Positions 38,521-51,700 of a DNA stretch of 64,000 nt are shown in pieces. The notes under the pieces were generated by a model that was given only the letters and a program-made list of their open reading frames with translations, was not told the origin of the DNA and made no database searches. The translations under genes were made by a program, and so were the position numbers. Source of the stretch: Raillietiella orientalis (lineage: Eukaryota); the NCBI GenBank assembly GCA_036172245.1, contig JAYWIR010000003.1:5766001-5830000 (forward strand). The letters are read 5' to 3'. Every line of letters starts with the position of its first letter. Within the stretch, counting starts at the first letter, position 1.

Positions 38521-41500
38521 ATCGCTAAATGCAGCTCTTTTTAACTCCTAGACTTCAGCTTGCCTTTTTCCCTGATCAATCCCAATGCTGCCCTTCGCGG
38601 ATACGTTGAGGATTGAGTTCCGTTCTTCGTTAGTTGATCGCAAAACGGATCTTCGCGAAACACTCTGCAGTGTGTCAGCTCGACCCGGGACCGTTTTCAA
38701 AGGGTGGAAGTTTTAAAGTGACTCTGCAGTGTGACAGGGGGGGTGCTTGAGGAGAGGATGCCTGAAGGAGAAGATCACGTGGGTAAACGAGAGCGCAAGA
38801 AATGAAGCGAGGCAATCCACGGGGAAAAAAGTGAGCACGCAACGTATGGCGGACAGACCAGAGGGATGAATCCTCCACAGAAGTGAAGTTCGACTTGGCT
38901 GCTTTAATCACCAAGGGTGCTCCCCAGAGTCTCGTCGGTAATTTTGCCTTTCACAAGACCTTTCTCGGAAAAGTCTCCGCGGTTCAAGGTGGAGCCAAAG
39001 ACACGTTTTCTTCGAAACTGCCTGTGACTGCCACGTGAGGATGCTTTTCGGTTTGCGGTCATTTCGCGGTCATCTACCTTGCAACGACAATAAATCAAAA
39101 TGTTTGGAACTGACCATGTCCGCTCAAACTACACTCTTAGGGAAAAAAAAAATCGCGAAACGACATCATGATGCAACCCCTGCGGATATCGAAGACACAA
39201 CCATAAAGATCTGCACCGGCACTTCATTTCAGGGACTGGTTCCCTCGCATGCATCCCTCCTTTGCAAAGTGGTGCGAGTTCAGCACCCCCTCCCTTTTAT
39301 TTTCCCCGATCGGAAAGTTTCGATAAATGGCCTTCGGGCAACGGAAAGTGGAGCAGAAGAAATAAAAAAAAGCCTTAAAATTATACATTGCGCATTTTTT
39401 AAATGCAATCGCGCCGCTTCCACATCGCCTCGAGTCGTCATTCGGTCGCAAACGATTGTCGCCTTCTCTGCCTCCAAACAGCAATTATACGGTGGACACA
39501 GTCCGAGAAGGAAGAAAATACATGCCCTTTGGACACGAGAGCTCCACTCCTCCTTTCTGGTTTCACGGTAGCAGCGGGGCGCGCGGGATAACTACGAAAG
39601 CAGCCGTTTCGTCGAGTCGTGATGCCGTCTCCATTTCGGCATCCTCGGAGACATTATCTCGTCGTTCTCTCCGACCTCCGGATGCATTCCGGCTCGATTC
39701 CGACCGGAGAGAGAAGGCAAATAAAAATGGGGCGGAAGGCGAAAAAAAAAAAAAAAAAGAGGAAAAAGGCAAAAAAGGCAAAAAAAAAAAAAACATTTAT
39801 TTTTTTGTCTGCCCTCAGCCTCTCAGAAGCGCAAGGCGTTACACGAATGCCCGTTTCTTTTCGAAGAAGGACAACGCAGGCCTTAAAGTGTGTGTGCACT
39901 GCCCACAATACAAAACACTCGTTGCGTAGCAGGTCGTCGAGCAAAGGGAAGCAGACACGCACCCTCATACACGCGGAGAGAAAGAAGAGGAAAGGAAGGA
40001 CAGAGAGGCAAAATCTCCTGCATCCACCGAGCGTGCTTTTTCCGCGACTTCAGGGACTGCGGGGTCTCGAAGGAGACCGCGGAGATCCGGATGGTGACAC
40101 TCCTTTCTCGCGGGCAGACTGGGACGCGGCAGCGAATTCCCTGGTGCTCGAGACGCATCCGATGCTGAAGGTTCTTCCTTCCTCCTCGGTTTGCTTTCGA
40201 TCGCTCTAGCGCCATGCCGACAGATCCACCCCTGGTTTGCTGCCGCCCCTCATGTTGGGCCGAAGGGTCGCGAGGCAGCTCCGGAGAAAGCCCTACTTGC
40301 AGGGAACGGAGCTTGGAGACCGGTCGTGCCGAAGCAGGCAGATCGGAAAGGGGGCAGGAAGCCAAACCGGCCTGCCTCCTCGCAGCAAACCAGTCTGGAT
40401 TCGTGCAGCAAAATCCATACTGGTGTTGCTTTTGTCTCTACGGGCTCAGGACGAAACGAACAGATTGAAGCTTTCGGAAATCGCCGGAAAACGAACCACT
40501 TTCTGATTCCCTTCGAGGATTTTTTTTTGTTTTTTTCTTTTGTTCGCCCTCCCCCCCCGTGGACTGGTGGCTCCTCTCACGGCGGGTTTGCAGACCTCGC
40601 AGCCATAACTTCGCGTCTGCTATCTCCGGCACCGCAACGGCATGGGCACTCTCGTCGCGGTGCAGTCCCGTTTGGGTACATCAACGGAACTGCACATCAT
40701 CACGGAGTGATAACAACGACGTTCTCCGGAAGAGGAAACAGAGAAGAAGATCTAGGTATCCTCAGCAGCCTAAGTTTCATTGGCGTGAAATTTGCCGAGC
40801 GCAATGCTGGTATTTTCTTTCCAACTGACGCAGAGGAATCGCTGCCAAAGACCTCAGAAAGCAGTAATTAGGAAACGCCGAACTGCAGCAACTCTCCACG
40901 CTCATTCTCGCGAAACTGTCATCGTGAAAGTACTCTTCACCAAACGTCATTTTCGGAGGATGAATCCCCGAGGAACACAAAGAGGACAAAACGTCCTCGC
41001 TCCTCGATTGGCTAAAGGGAGGTTGAAAACTCGGACTGCTGGAGTGCAACCACCGGCTCAACAGCCGTGGCACGAGAAGAGTGCGGGCGAAATGATGCTT
41101 CCGCCCCATTTCGCAGAATGCAGAGCCATATGTCTGTTCTTACAGTGAGAGAAGCTTTCTTTACCGCCGCCACGAGCTCCGTTCGCCGGATGCAAGCCTC
41201 CCGCCGATTCTCGATTCTTCGGACCGATCTTCAGTCAGGCTCCGAGCATTTGACTCGCAGTCTCTCGCGAGTTCTGAAACGGAGGCTCGAAAGTGCCCTC
41301 CGGCATCACAGCATCCTCTTGAAGGAAAATGTGGAGAATTCAAACTGCTCCTCAAAAACTTCAGCTTGCGCTGATGCTAAGTTCCTCCTTTCCTTCAGAA
41401 GATTCCGTGTTTCGTTTCGGCTGGGTGACCAGATAGTTCCGTTGAATGTTCTGATAGTTTGGACCTATTTTATCCATGGATGACGCTTTTAAAGAAGGCC

Positions 41501-44299
41501 AAGTTTCAAATCACGTGAGTGATTTGAGGGTGCCGCCACTCAGCAGCGATATCGTCAGGATCTTCTAGGATACTTATGATGTTGTAGAATTGCATGATTC
41601 GTATACGTTGTGCGATCCTGTACTTGAGTCCAAGCTCAGCTGTAAAATCGCTGAATGACGGATTTATCGCGCCCTTCCCGGTAAGGCACTAAACCTCTCT
41701 CAAGATCGATTTGACTGCTTCTGTGTGGGCTGCTTCCTTCTTCCATGATTCCTACGATGCATTCACTTTTAACGTCTTTATTTGGTTCATCCACTTCTTC
41801 AAGAAACGTGTCAAGTCCCATTGACTGGATCTTTGCAAATAGGTGCTTTGTTTGCTCCAGCCCTAGGTAGAGCCTCTCTTTTCTTTGCTTTGCAGCATTC
41901 AAACAGAACATCTTGCATTCTGCTAGTTCAGGAACCACACCAGCTCTTCCCTCCCCCCTCCTCTTTACAAGTGATCACGAGAGAACTCATATATTTTAAA
42001 GGGTTTCCGATTGTTTTTAGAATTCGGTTTTAGCAAAGTCAGCGGCCATCTTTTTCAGCCTGAGAGAATAGGTTTCCGTAGTTGCAGGAACCTTTGTTCT
42101 CCTTCCTTCATTGAGATCAAAACACACGGGAACGGCGGAAGTGCTCCACTTGCGCGAGCAAACAGATACCATGCAAATAATTCCAAAATATTATCATCTC
42201 CTCACTCGGATGGATTACAGATTCCCTGTTCTCCTTAGGAGCAACAAAACCCATCGCTTCGAAACGCACGGGCAGGGAACATTCTGCGACTGTGAAAAGG
42301 TTGAGCAGTCCATCTTTCACCCTTTGTCCACCTCCATGTGTTTGTTCCACTGCATGTTGCCTTTGTCTTTCACACTGGACTGCGTTTTGTATGCTTCGGC
42401 GACCTCGGCATGCATCGCTACAAAGTTCCCCACAATACTGCAGACTTGCAAATCGTCAGAATGAATTGACATCGGTTTCGTGCAGAATCCTTAATAAACA
42501 CCGGGAGCCCACCAGAGTAAATAAACAATAGCAAAATATTAGAAATATCGATGGTGGGCACAATGAACTTCCTCATTCACCACGGATCGGGTGGTCGAAC
42601 AGTCGGAGGTGATGCATCAGCGTTGAGCTTTATTCCCGGGGATAACGGCGCTCGCCCGCCTGTGTACACTGTTACTCTAAAGAACATATACCTATCCAAG
42701 AAGCTTCTCAGTTGTTCTTTTCGGGTTCGCAGCTGCCTCGTGAATTCCTTCAGACTTTCCGATCTGTTCAGATGGAATGAGACTGGGAAATTCCGTGCGT
42801 CGCAGCATGCAAGAGATGATGGCCATCTCTTGCGGCACGACGCTCTGGTGCTTTTGCTGCCTCCGGTGGAAAGCTCACTTCTGTCAAGCAGCCGGAAAAA
42901 ACCTCCGTGAAAAAGGCCAGCAGAGGAGAAATGAAAGACGACAAGCAAGATCACGGCTGCGCAGCTGTATCTTTCGTGGAGGGGCAGCGTGCGACCGCCT
43001 CAAAAGCTCCATGAACCGCGTCAAACCCTATCGATGCTTTCCGGTGTCCTCCCTCGAGGGGGCGAGAGAACCAGAGTGCGATCCGCGGAACCACAGCTCT
43101 GCGCGTGTCCTGGAAAGCAACCGAACTCTTTGCTTCCGAGCGATGAGGTTGGTGCGGCGCTCGGAGAAAAGCACGCGGTCGATCGGTGGTTTCCTCTCCT
43201 TCCGGAACTTCCGCTCGGCAGAAATCAGAAATGGCGTGCGTGCTGCACCGGCGACGAACCTGACAAGAGATGGCAGCCGAATTCCGTAACCGGGAGAAAG
43301 GTCCGTGTAAGGGAAAGTCATGGAGCATCCCCAATGCTGGGCTTTGGATCCGAGAGAGGAGCACGGGGGAATCGATATCGTTTTTCGTCCCTGGCACGGA
43401 GTTCCCTCGACATCGAAAATTCCACACATCCCCGCCGACACGTAAAACGACCATTTCCTTGAGAGCCGCCTGGAGGAAGGATAGGTCACGATGTTCTGTG
43501 AATTCCGGCAAGTGAGCTCTTGGAAAACTGGGAGGTCCCAAGGCTGAACAATAGAAGAGAGCAAGCACGGATCTCACACTCGGAAGAGAACACCCAGAGC
43601 ACCGATCAACCTTGCAAAACCGTTACCTCGTCTTTATTCTGCTTTGCTTTCTGATCAGGCTCTCAAGGAGACGCCACCATCTCACGTTTTTTACGTCTCC
43701 CTCTTCTCCTTCATATACCACAAACCTCTAAAGTGCCCTTTTTGGGAAACCTGAGCCTATTCACCTGCTGAGAGTGAATTCCTCCGCTGAAGCATTCTTT
43801 CACGACACTGCGCAAGGAGATCGCAAGCGGTGCACCATGCATGGTGCACGACTCAGCGTGCTCGACTCATAGTAAGCCATTCCAAAGGCACTTGAAGCAT
43901 TCGAGCGACAAGGACCATCGGAGGGTTCACCTTCTCCTTCTTGTAGTCTGAGCATTACTTCCGAACCCGCGTGCATCAGCTCCGAAAGCGGCACACCAAT
44001 GGACGTGTTCTTCCTTCTTGACGTTGGGTGTTTCTGCTTTTTCCTTCAGCGGTGATCGCATTCTGACTCATCGGTCGCGGAAACGTTCATCCGCCTTCAT
44101 GGATGTAAGCCATCGACTTCAGCGACGTTACCAAGCGGAGACGAAAGAGATCTTTTAGGAGAGTTTCGCTTTGCTACTGTTTCCGAAGAGTTCGCGGAAG
44201 TGAGGCTCACGGTCCGAGCGTCACTTGCAGCCGAATCAAAACAAACGAGAAGTGCTGGACCACTCCCTTTGCACAGGGATGCCTACGCGGCTTTGTGGT

Positions 44300-45800
44300 C
44301 GAAGGGGTACAGATGGTGACCGATCCTCACTTTGGATAAGTCCTTAGAAAGCCACAATAGAAAAGGTAGGCATGAGACACGCAGAGGCTGGATTTCTGAC
44401 GCGAAAAATCACGGATATAGACGTGTGTTTCCAAGTCGATCGAAAGGAATGCGTAGACGAACCTTCACGGAGACTCGAGACAGCGGGAGAGGGAGATAAT
44501 TTTGCCGGAGCACTTCTTGCTATGTGCTGGAAGCGTGGATATCAGTTTGTGGAAGACAAACACGAGCGCCGCCACTGAAAGGAGGAGTATGGATGGAAAC
44601 TCCGCACTTCGTCTGGCGCAAGATGGGCAAGAAATGGAGATTTTCGATCACGTGACCGTCAACACCTGTTGCATCCACTCACAATGTGGCTGCAACTGAG
44701 CTCGTCTTTTTTGCTTTTGCCGTGAGTGAAAATATTGTACAGCCCGTGCGTACACTGATATGAAAGTGCATGAGGTCTGGGAACACGCTGAGAGCAGTTC
44801 AAACATCGAGACTGTTGTGGTTTCCAAGGTGATGAGAGAATGAAATGGCAGCATTGATGATGTGCGAGAACGAATCGTTGCAGTGCTTAGTCCGGAGTTA
44901 CCGGTGACCGATTTCCAGGCGTACCTCGGTCGGAAATTGAAATCACCCTCAAAAAATCACAGAGAGGTATGAGAATTTTGTTGCATTGATCTATTTGCTT
45001 TGAAAAGGAGCCTTGGATCCAAACAACAGAGAGAAGAGTATGGGATTCCCAGTGAGCAGTCGAGAGGATGCATTCCCTGGCACTTCAAGATTTTCTAAAA
45101 GGATGGTAATAGAGACGGGATCAGTCCGTCGTAACACGCATAAGGTGCTGCTTCGCAGCAAAGCGAGAAGGTGAACGGATTTTGGTTCACGAGAGAGCAG
45201 CAGTTTGGATAGGAAAGAGGACGAGATGAACGGAGATGTGCAGAGCGGGAATCATCCTATTCATTGGTGTCTGAGTTCTCCAAGAAAGACTGAAGACCTA
45301 TTTGGAAGCGCAAGCAAATTTGCAAAAAGGTGACGTCATGAGATGAGCATGAGGAAATCTGCTGCTAACTTGCATACTAACAAAGTCACCCTTTCGAGAG
45401 TCTTTAACGAAAAAGGAAGAAGAACTTTTGGGATTCTTGAAGGAAAAAAAATTCCAAAGTTCCCCTCGGAAATTCCAAACCACCGAAAGAGAGTTCGTTT
45501 GGAGAAATGAAATCAAAAACGACCCTGCACAGATTGTGAGACACTCCAGCATCCGTAGATGGATAAGAATCCAGTGTCGAGCGTTCGAAGCACTCTGTCC
45601 GTAGAAGTGGTGGGCCGTTGATTTAGATCGACCGTGGAGCGAATGATGCAGAAGAGGAGAGCGAGCACGTGAGGGGAGGTTCGAAGGTCCGGGAACGGTT
45701 ACAGGAGGATTCCAATCACAGAGCGACTGCATCCAGTTGCGTCGCGGTCCAGGAAAGCCGATTCCAATCAAGGAGTCAGTCCCGGCAAGAAGATCCAGGC
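44300..45800 (+). mobile_element. Decayed RTE-like LINE relic
   Basis: EAGFLTRKITD (QAGFR..RST.D), FQAYLG (F.YLG); remainder very degenerate. Confidence 0.3.
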
Positions 45801-47899
45801 CAACTGCTAGAAGGAGCCCCCCGGGACGCCCGCCCACCACTCGCGTGAAACATCGGCGCTCTGCGCACGGAGTGCGATGTTTCCCATTTTCAAGACTTCC
45901 GCCATGTCGAAAATGAAGCTGCCGGTTGCGTGCGGGTCGTTTCATCGGCTTCCAGTGGACCGAACGAAGCAGCAGCCATCGAAATCCGGATGTGAGCAAG
46001 AGAGAGCGGCTCGGGCACATCTCTCTCCCGGCAGTGTTTGGGAAGATACGGGGAAAACGGGATACAAGGAAAGCTCTGTTTCGAAGGGAGATGCTGGATC
46101 CCACTATTGAAGGTCCCGAAGTATCAGAGCGGTCGAGTTCGAAGAATCACAGTGTCAATCAAAGATTCCTGATGACGAGCTTTCCGAAAGCAAAAAACCA
46201 ATGCAGGTGCGAAGGATGCGATCCGAAAAAGTGGGAAGAGCAAATGATGGAGAGAGCTTTGTTTCGAACCGTTTCTTTTTTTTTTTGTTTCATTCTTCGC
46301 CGTCTCAAGCCTGTGATTTCCGAAATCATATAAATTCCCTAGAAGATCGAGGAATCAAGAAGCGAAATCGATCACTAAACGAAAACCCATAGATGGACGA
46401 ATATCCTCACGGAAACGGATGACGGTCTCTCCCTGTGCCAGTCGCAAAGTACTTGAAGGAAGAACGTCTGCTAAAGAAGTCACCAAAACAGCCCTCTCGG
46501 ATGCGCACACAAAATGAAAAATTAGCGATGCAAAATTAGCAGTAGATGAAGCTGATCATGAGATTATTACAGGCTGTGGCTTGCGCGTGCTCCGGTTGCC
46601 GTGAGCAACTGCTTGAAATTTCGAGGCAAACCTCAAGAGAAAAGGGGGATGCAATAAGGGCACGTAAAGGCCGTTGAATTCTCGGAGTCAGCAGCCGAGT
46701 CATCAGTAAGCTCTGACAGGGAGTGAATCAGGAACGAGATGTCTGAATAGAGGAAGGGAGACGGACAAACCGATTCTTAAAAACTCTTGGCTGATTCCAT
46801 GGTAATGGAATCCGAACGTCCTGACGGAACGCTGTTCCCATGTTGAAGGGGGAGAGAGGGAGAGGGAAGGTCTCACACCCTTGGATTGAAACTGCTCTTG
46901 TCAGGGCACACCAAGGTTCGGAACATTCGCTCCCTTTCCTGATACTCCCGCTGGACTGGACTTTTCCTGCTGCTGGCGCCCGAAACACCTGCGGAAACCG
47001 TTTCCAAGCACGAGAAGCGATCTGGTTCTCACAAAAAGGATTGCACGGTCGTTGTGTGGCTCCCGGAAAACACGTGGGTCCACCACGTTGCAGCGGAAGA
47101 ACTCGAGACAGGGCGTGAATCTTGCAACACAGAAAGAAAAGAAAAAAAGAATGCTGCACCTCGGCATGTCTTTCGAGGGCACTTTATCGAAGATTTCCTT
47201 CGTCGGCATCATGCGTACTCCTTTCCAAGTGTCCAAAATACACTCGTTCGCAAAAAATGCTTTCTGAATGCTAATTTTCGTTGCGTGAACGAATGGGATC
47301 ACTTCCACTTTCGCGTCCTTCGATATATTTGAGGAGCTTGTTGGAAAAGTTCTCAAACTTGTGGCTTTGAAACGGCTCTGATGTATAGTTCCACTCCAAG
47401 AAGGGAGGCACCAGCACGCGGATGCTGATGCTTTCGATCTTCAGACTTCCCGCGAACGGGACCAACCGCTCCCATCATTTTCGATTGCCAGCGTGGTGGA
47501 TTAAGCAACCGGTTCGCGGGCATCTTGGAAATTGATTACTTCTTCTTCGACCCAGAGATACATGGTATGATAAATAAGAAAACTGACGAAGGTCATATGC
47601 TGGAGACGAAACGCATTCTCTTGACCGTGCTTAATCGATCAAATTCAGTGTTAGATACAAACAGCACTTTGTAGGATTCGGAAACTTCTGAGCTTCGAAA
47701 TCCTCCAAACGTCACCGGCAATGAGTGCGTTTTCCCACCTAAATCGATCCCAAAATTTGTCGTTCCTCTTAATTGAGGGTGACGGGTATCCCCTGGCTTA
47801 AAGGAAGATGGAACTTTTCATAAGCAGTCCGCAGGAGCCGAGTGATTCATCTCTGATCGAGACAGAATGGATGACTCATCAAAAGCGTCCACCGTGTAG

Positions 47900-48790
47900 A
47901 CAACACCGATTGGCTACCACAGAAAGTGACCATCCGAACCTGACTCCATCCCTGATCTACATGTCCTTTGCGGAGCAGAATTCCCTTAATGTTCTCAGAC
48001 TGCGGGAACGCGGACATCCAACCGAGAGCGGAATTACAAGCTGTTGCAATCTCTGCCACTGCTACTGCCGTTGACCTGATAAGGGCTGGTGAACTTCTTG
48101 GAGAAACTTCTTCTGCTTTTATTGCGTTTGATTTTGCTGCCAGATTTATGACTCCTTCGAGATGAAGTTCCAGATTCTCAGTTGCCCTTCCTTTTTTTCG
48201 GTCGTACCGGAAGGACTATTGCATGGATGGCAAAGGAAGCGGCTGGTTGCTTCTGTACGGAGCCTCTTTCCTCAAAGCTCCTCAAAGGACTCTCGGAGCC
48301 AGGTCCCAAAGTTTGCTTGTTGCTTTTTCCGAGACATCGGTCACCTCCTTTCTCCACACGCGTTTATACGATGGGATGCATTCCCCCAGAGCACAGAATG
48401 AAGATGCAGAAACAGAGTTTATAGCCACAGCTTGCGTGCCACTTCCCCTCGCCCTGAATGCAGCCACAGTGAAGGAACTTGAGCATTGCTGCAGCGGTGG
48501 AAGCTCCACAAGCAGCATCGGTTGGCTGGCAGATCAGTTTTTGCAGGTCTACCATTCTTCTCATTCTTGTATTCGGAGATCGAGAAGGATGCTTCGGCAG
48601 GCGGAAAAAACTCTTCAAGCTTTAGGGAGACAAATCCAGACCACAGGACGAAATTACTTTGAAAAAGCATCGAGCATCGAGAGAAGCAAAACCAAAGTTA
48701 CACTAGAAGATCAAGAAGACTGGTGTGCATCTAATTTGTGTGCAAACACGGAATCATGCGTCCTTTTCGTAGAGTGCATCAGATAGAAAC
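47900..48790 (+). mobile_element. Decayed LINE RT relic
   Basis: AFIAFDFAARF (AFIDF.KAF), WLADQFL (FADD), MLRQAEKTLQALG...IERSKTKV (GL.IN..KTKV). Confidence 0.4.
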
Positions 48791-51700
48791 GATCCATCGG
48801 CAGGGACCATGCTGACTTTGTATCAAGGATGCTTGGTTTTTCATTTGCATTCTTCTTCACTTATGCAGATGAAGAGCCTTTTTGCAACATGCACTGATTA
48901 TCTATTTCATACATCACACTCACTCATGAGTATAAGTAGTAATAGAATTCACACGCATTACACGAAGCGGGTGTGGCAAGGAAAGGGTGAGTAAATAGTC
49001 CATAAGCAGTCGCGCTTATGGGCACATCAGATCGTCAGTTCTTTTGTTTTTCGTGCAGGCGCCAACTTGCAGGCAATTCGCTAACTTTGACTTTTGGTAG
49101 AACAGTAGAGCGCTGCAGGCAAGTGTGCTACAAAACTGCCGTTGAGAGAACGTGAACAGCGTGCGGGTCCTCGCGAATTGCATGCAGCATCCATTCTCCC
49201 TAATCCTGAAGTTCAAGATGCGTTCCCAAGATAGGTTCGGAAGGTGGAGAAACACGGAGAAGACACACTCGGACGTTTGACCCTGCGCCGGTCGGATCGA
49301 GCACCCGCAATCTCAGTCAGATGCCCCTGCCTGCTTGCCTGATTCACTCTCTGTGTTGGTCCACGACGACTGGATCACTCAAGCAGGCAGAAATCCAAGA
49401 CTGCCGCTCTAGAAAAACTCGATTCTGTTGAGGCAGATGATGGAGGAATCCGAAGCAACCCTTGAGCACACGGAAAACCCTTGAGCACATTAGAGTGGGC
49501 TGTTACGGTTGATAGCTCAGTGCTCATGAAAACTCGGTTTGGTTTCATTTAGTTGAAACGCAGCTGATTCAATTTGAGTTGTTTTTCTCGAGCCAACGTG
49601 GCTCGAGCGGAAGAGCGGCGGGGATGATGCATTTAAATCGAAGAGCTGTGCCTTTCTTTTGGATAGAGGAAGCCCCAGAAAGGAGGAAACCCTGGTAACT
49701 CTTTGTTCTTGGCCGTGCTCCCCTTGAGAATACTCTCTTTAAATCCTGTGACACCATGGGAACGCAAAGGGATGTCAGTGAACCGATCGCTTCTTCCACC
49801 GGAGAGCTTCACTGTCTCCGCGCTTGGTCCATCATGATCCTGTTCTCCTGTCATGATTCTCTTACATTCTTGTGCAACCTTCACAAATACAAAAACTCTA
49901 AGGGATCGTGCTCCTGGAGGATCCCAGTCCTGCTCTCAGGAGATTTTCTCTTGATTTCCTCCCCCCTCACTTTGGGTACTAAAAATTCCTTTCATTTGTT
50001 GATGGAGTCCATCTTCTTGACCGCATCTTAGATAAGAGTTCCTGCTCTCACTTTTTCCATATTTTGCTCTTCAATCCATGTTTTAATTTCACTTTTATTT
50101 GCTTTTTCCAGAATCCTAGAACGGAAGAAACACTTCTTTCTCGCTTTCTCGAAGCAAATTAAGAAAGAAAGAACAATACGGTACATAAACTTATGCACGT
50201 TTGTACACACCGTGTAGGTTCGACAACGGATAATCCACGAATGAGAGCATCGTGCTGTTGAGCTCTTCCTTCAGAGGATAAGCCTCCAAGCTGGATGAGC
50301 TGCAAGGCATTCTTCGTGCCGGAATGCCGAAAGTGCGAGGCGGGCACCATCTGAAGATACGGAGGCGGCAGAAATCAACAGAGGCCCAGCTTGATCAACC
50401 ACAATGCGGCTCTTTTCGGATCCTTCGAGAAATGGGGTTGAAGGAAAGCGCGCGGAGACGAGCAGCTTGTGTTTCGCCGGTCGCTGCTCTTCCATCTCGT
50501 TGTCCACAAGCGCTCGTCCCTGCTCTCACCGCGCTCTGGGCATGAAGTCCGGGAGCGGCATGGAAAGATGTCGATGCAAATGACGACGCGACCTTTTGCT
50601 CGGAACTGGAAAGAACTCCTCTTCCGGGGACAGGCAGACGGGAACCCAAACCAACAGATGCATCCATTCTTACTGATCGACGACAGCCCTACGAACGACA
50701 AGCCTCCGCTTCTTGCTGCGCCCGCTGACGATTGGCATGTGCGATCGCTAGAATTTCACGACGTTTTCTTTCCACGCCAAGGCAGCGAGGTCGCGGGGGT
50801 TAGCTACCACCCCTTCTACGTCCCCATTCCATCTCGGTAGGTGCTGCCCAGCTAATCTCAAGAGGAGGACTGCGAGTGGGATTTCCTCATTTCCTAAAAT
50901 GCGTGTAGCGACGTATGCAAGGGGAATTTTCGCAACGGCTACTTCGTTTGCAGTCCCTTATTCTGGACCTTGGATGGTTCTGGGCACTTGGGTAAGTGAA
51001 ATGGACCGTACTCTCGAGACACGTGTTGAGAGTCTGGTAAGCGCTCAGAAAAGTGGAACTTCAAGCTGATGGTCGACCCAAAACATCGTCCTTGGGATAC
51101 TCGGTCCACCACACCACCCGGAAACATTCTGGGTTTGCAGTCGCTCACCAGCTGCCCAGCAGCTCACGAGGGAGGGTGCACGCAACAAGGATGGCGCAGA
51201 CTCTCGACCGACGCTTGGAAGTCGATAATTCAAGAGACTAGAGGAGTCGGCAAGGAGACCTCTCTTCTCGATGGAGGTCGGGAATGTGCTAAGAAGGATG
51301 GATCGAGTCCTAAAGGATGGAAGGGGGCCCAAATGCATCTAAGAGAGGTCCGTCGGCATAGAACTGATGAAGATTGTAGCGGGGCTTCGAGGGTCGGAGA
51401 ACCTTCGAGATTAGAACTGTTCAACTGAGACGAAACTCGAACTATGGAAGCAGAAAAGGAGACCGCTTTCGTAGAAAATCCTCTCCCTTCACGAGACAGA
51501 GGTCGCGTCTCTCTCATCCCAACTGTCGAATTGGAAAAGCCTGGAAAGCTGGAGCGGGGAGAGCGCAACAACGGTCCAAAGAATGAGCAGCAACCAGATA
51601 CCGAAGAGTGGGAAGCCACGGGTCGGAACGCGGCGGTCGTAAGAGAGAGCAGGAGAAGCGGTCTGGTGAGCTTCTTGCGCTCTGTGGGATTTTCTCGCCC

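Noticed and set aside
41785..41800. KWM triplet on the minus strand as a labial-type hexapeptide
   Set aside because: Inside the pb intron, in no substantial ORF, with no labial context.
33240..48790. Antisense orientation bias of intronic LINE relics
   Set aside because: Minus-strand relics also appear (37.3-38.5 kb, possible endonuclease remnant at 41636-41938), and the sample is too small and uncertain.
49457..49489. 14-bp direct repeat AACCCTTGAGCACA x2
   Set aside because: Two units with a 5-nt spacer; an ordinary micro-duplication, not an array.
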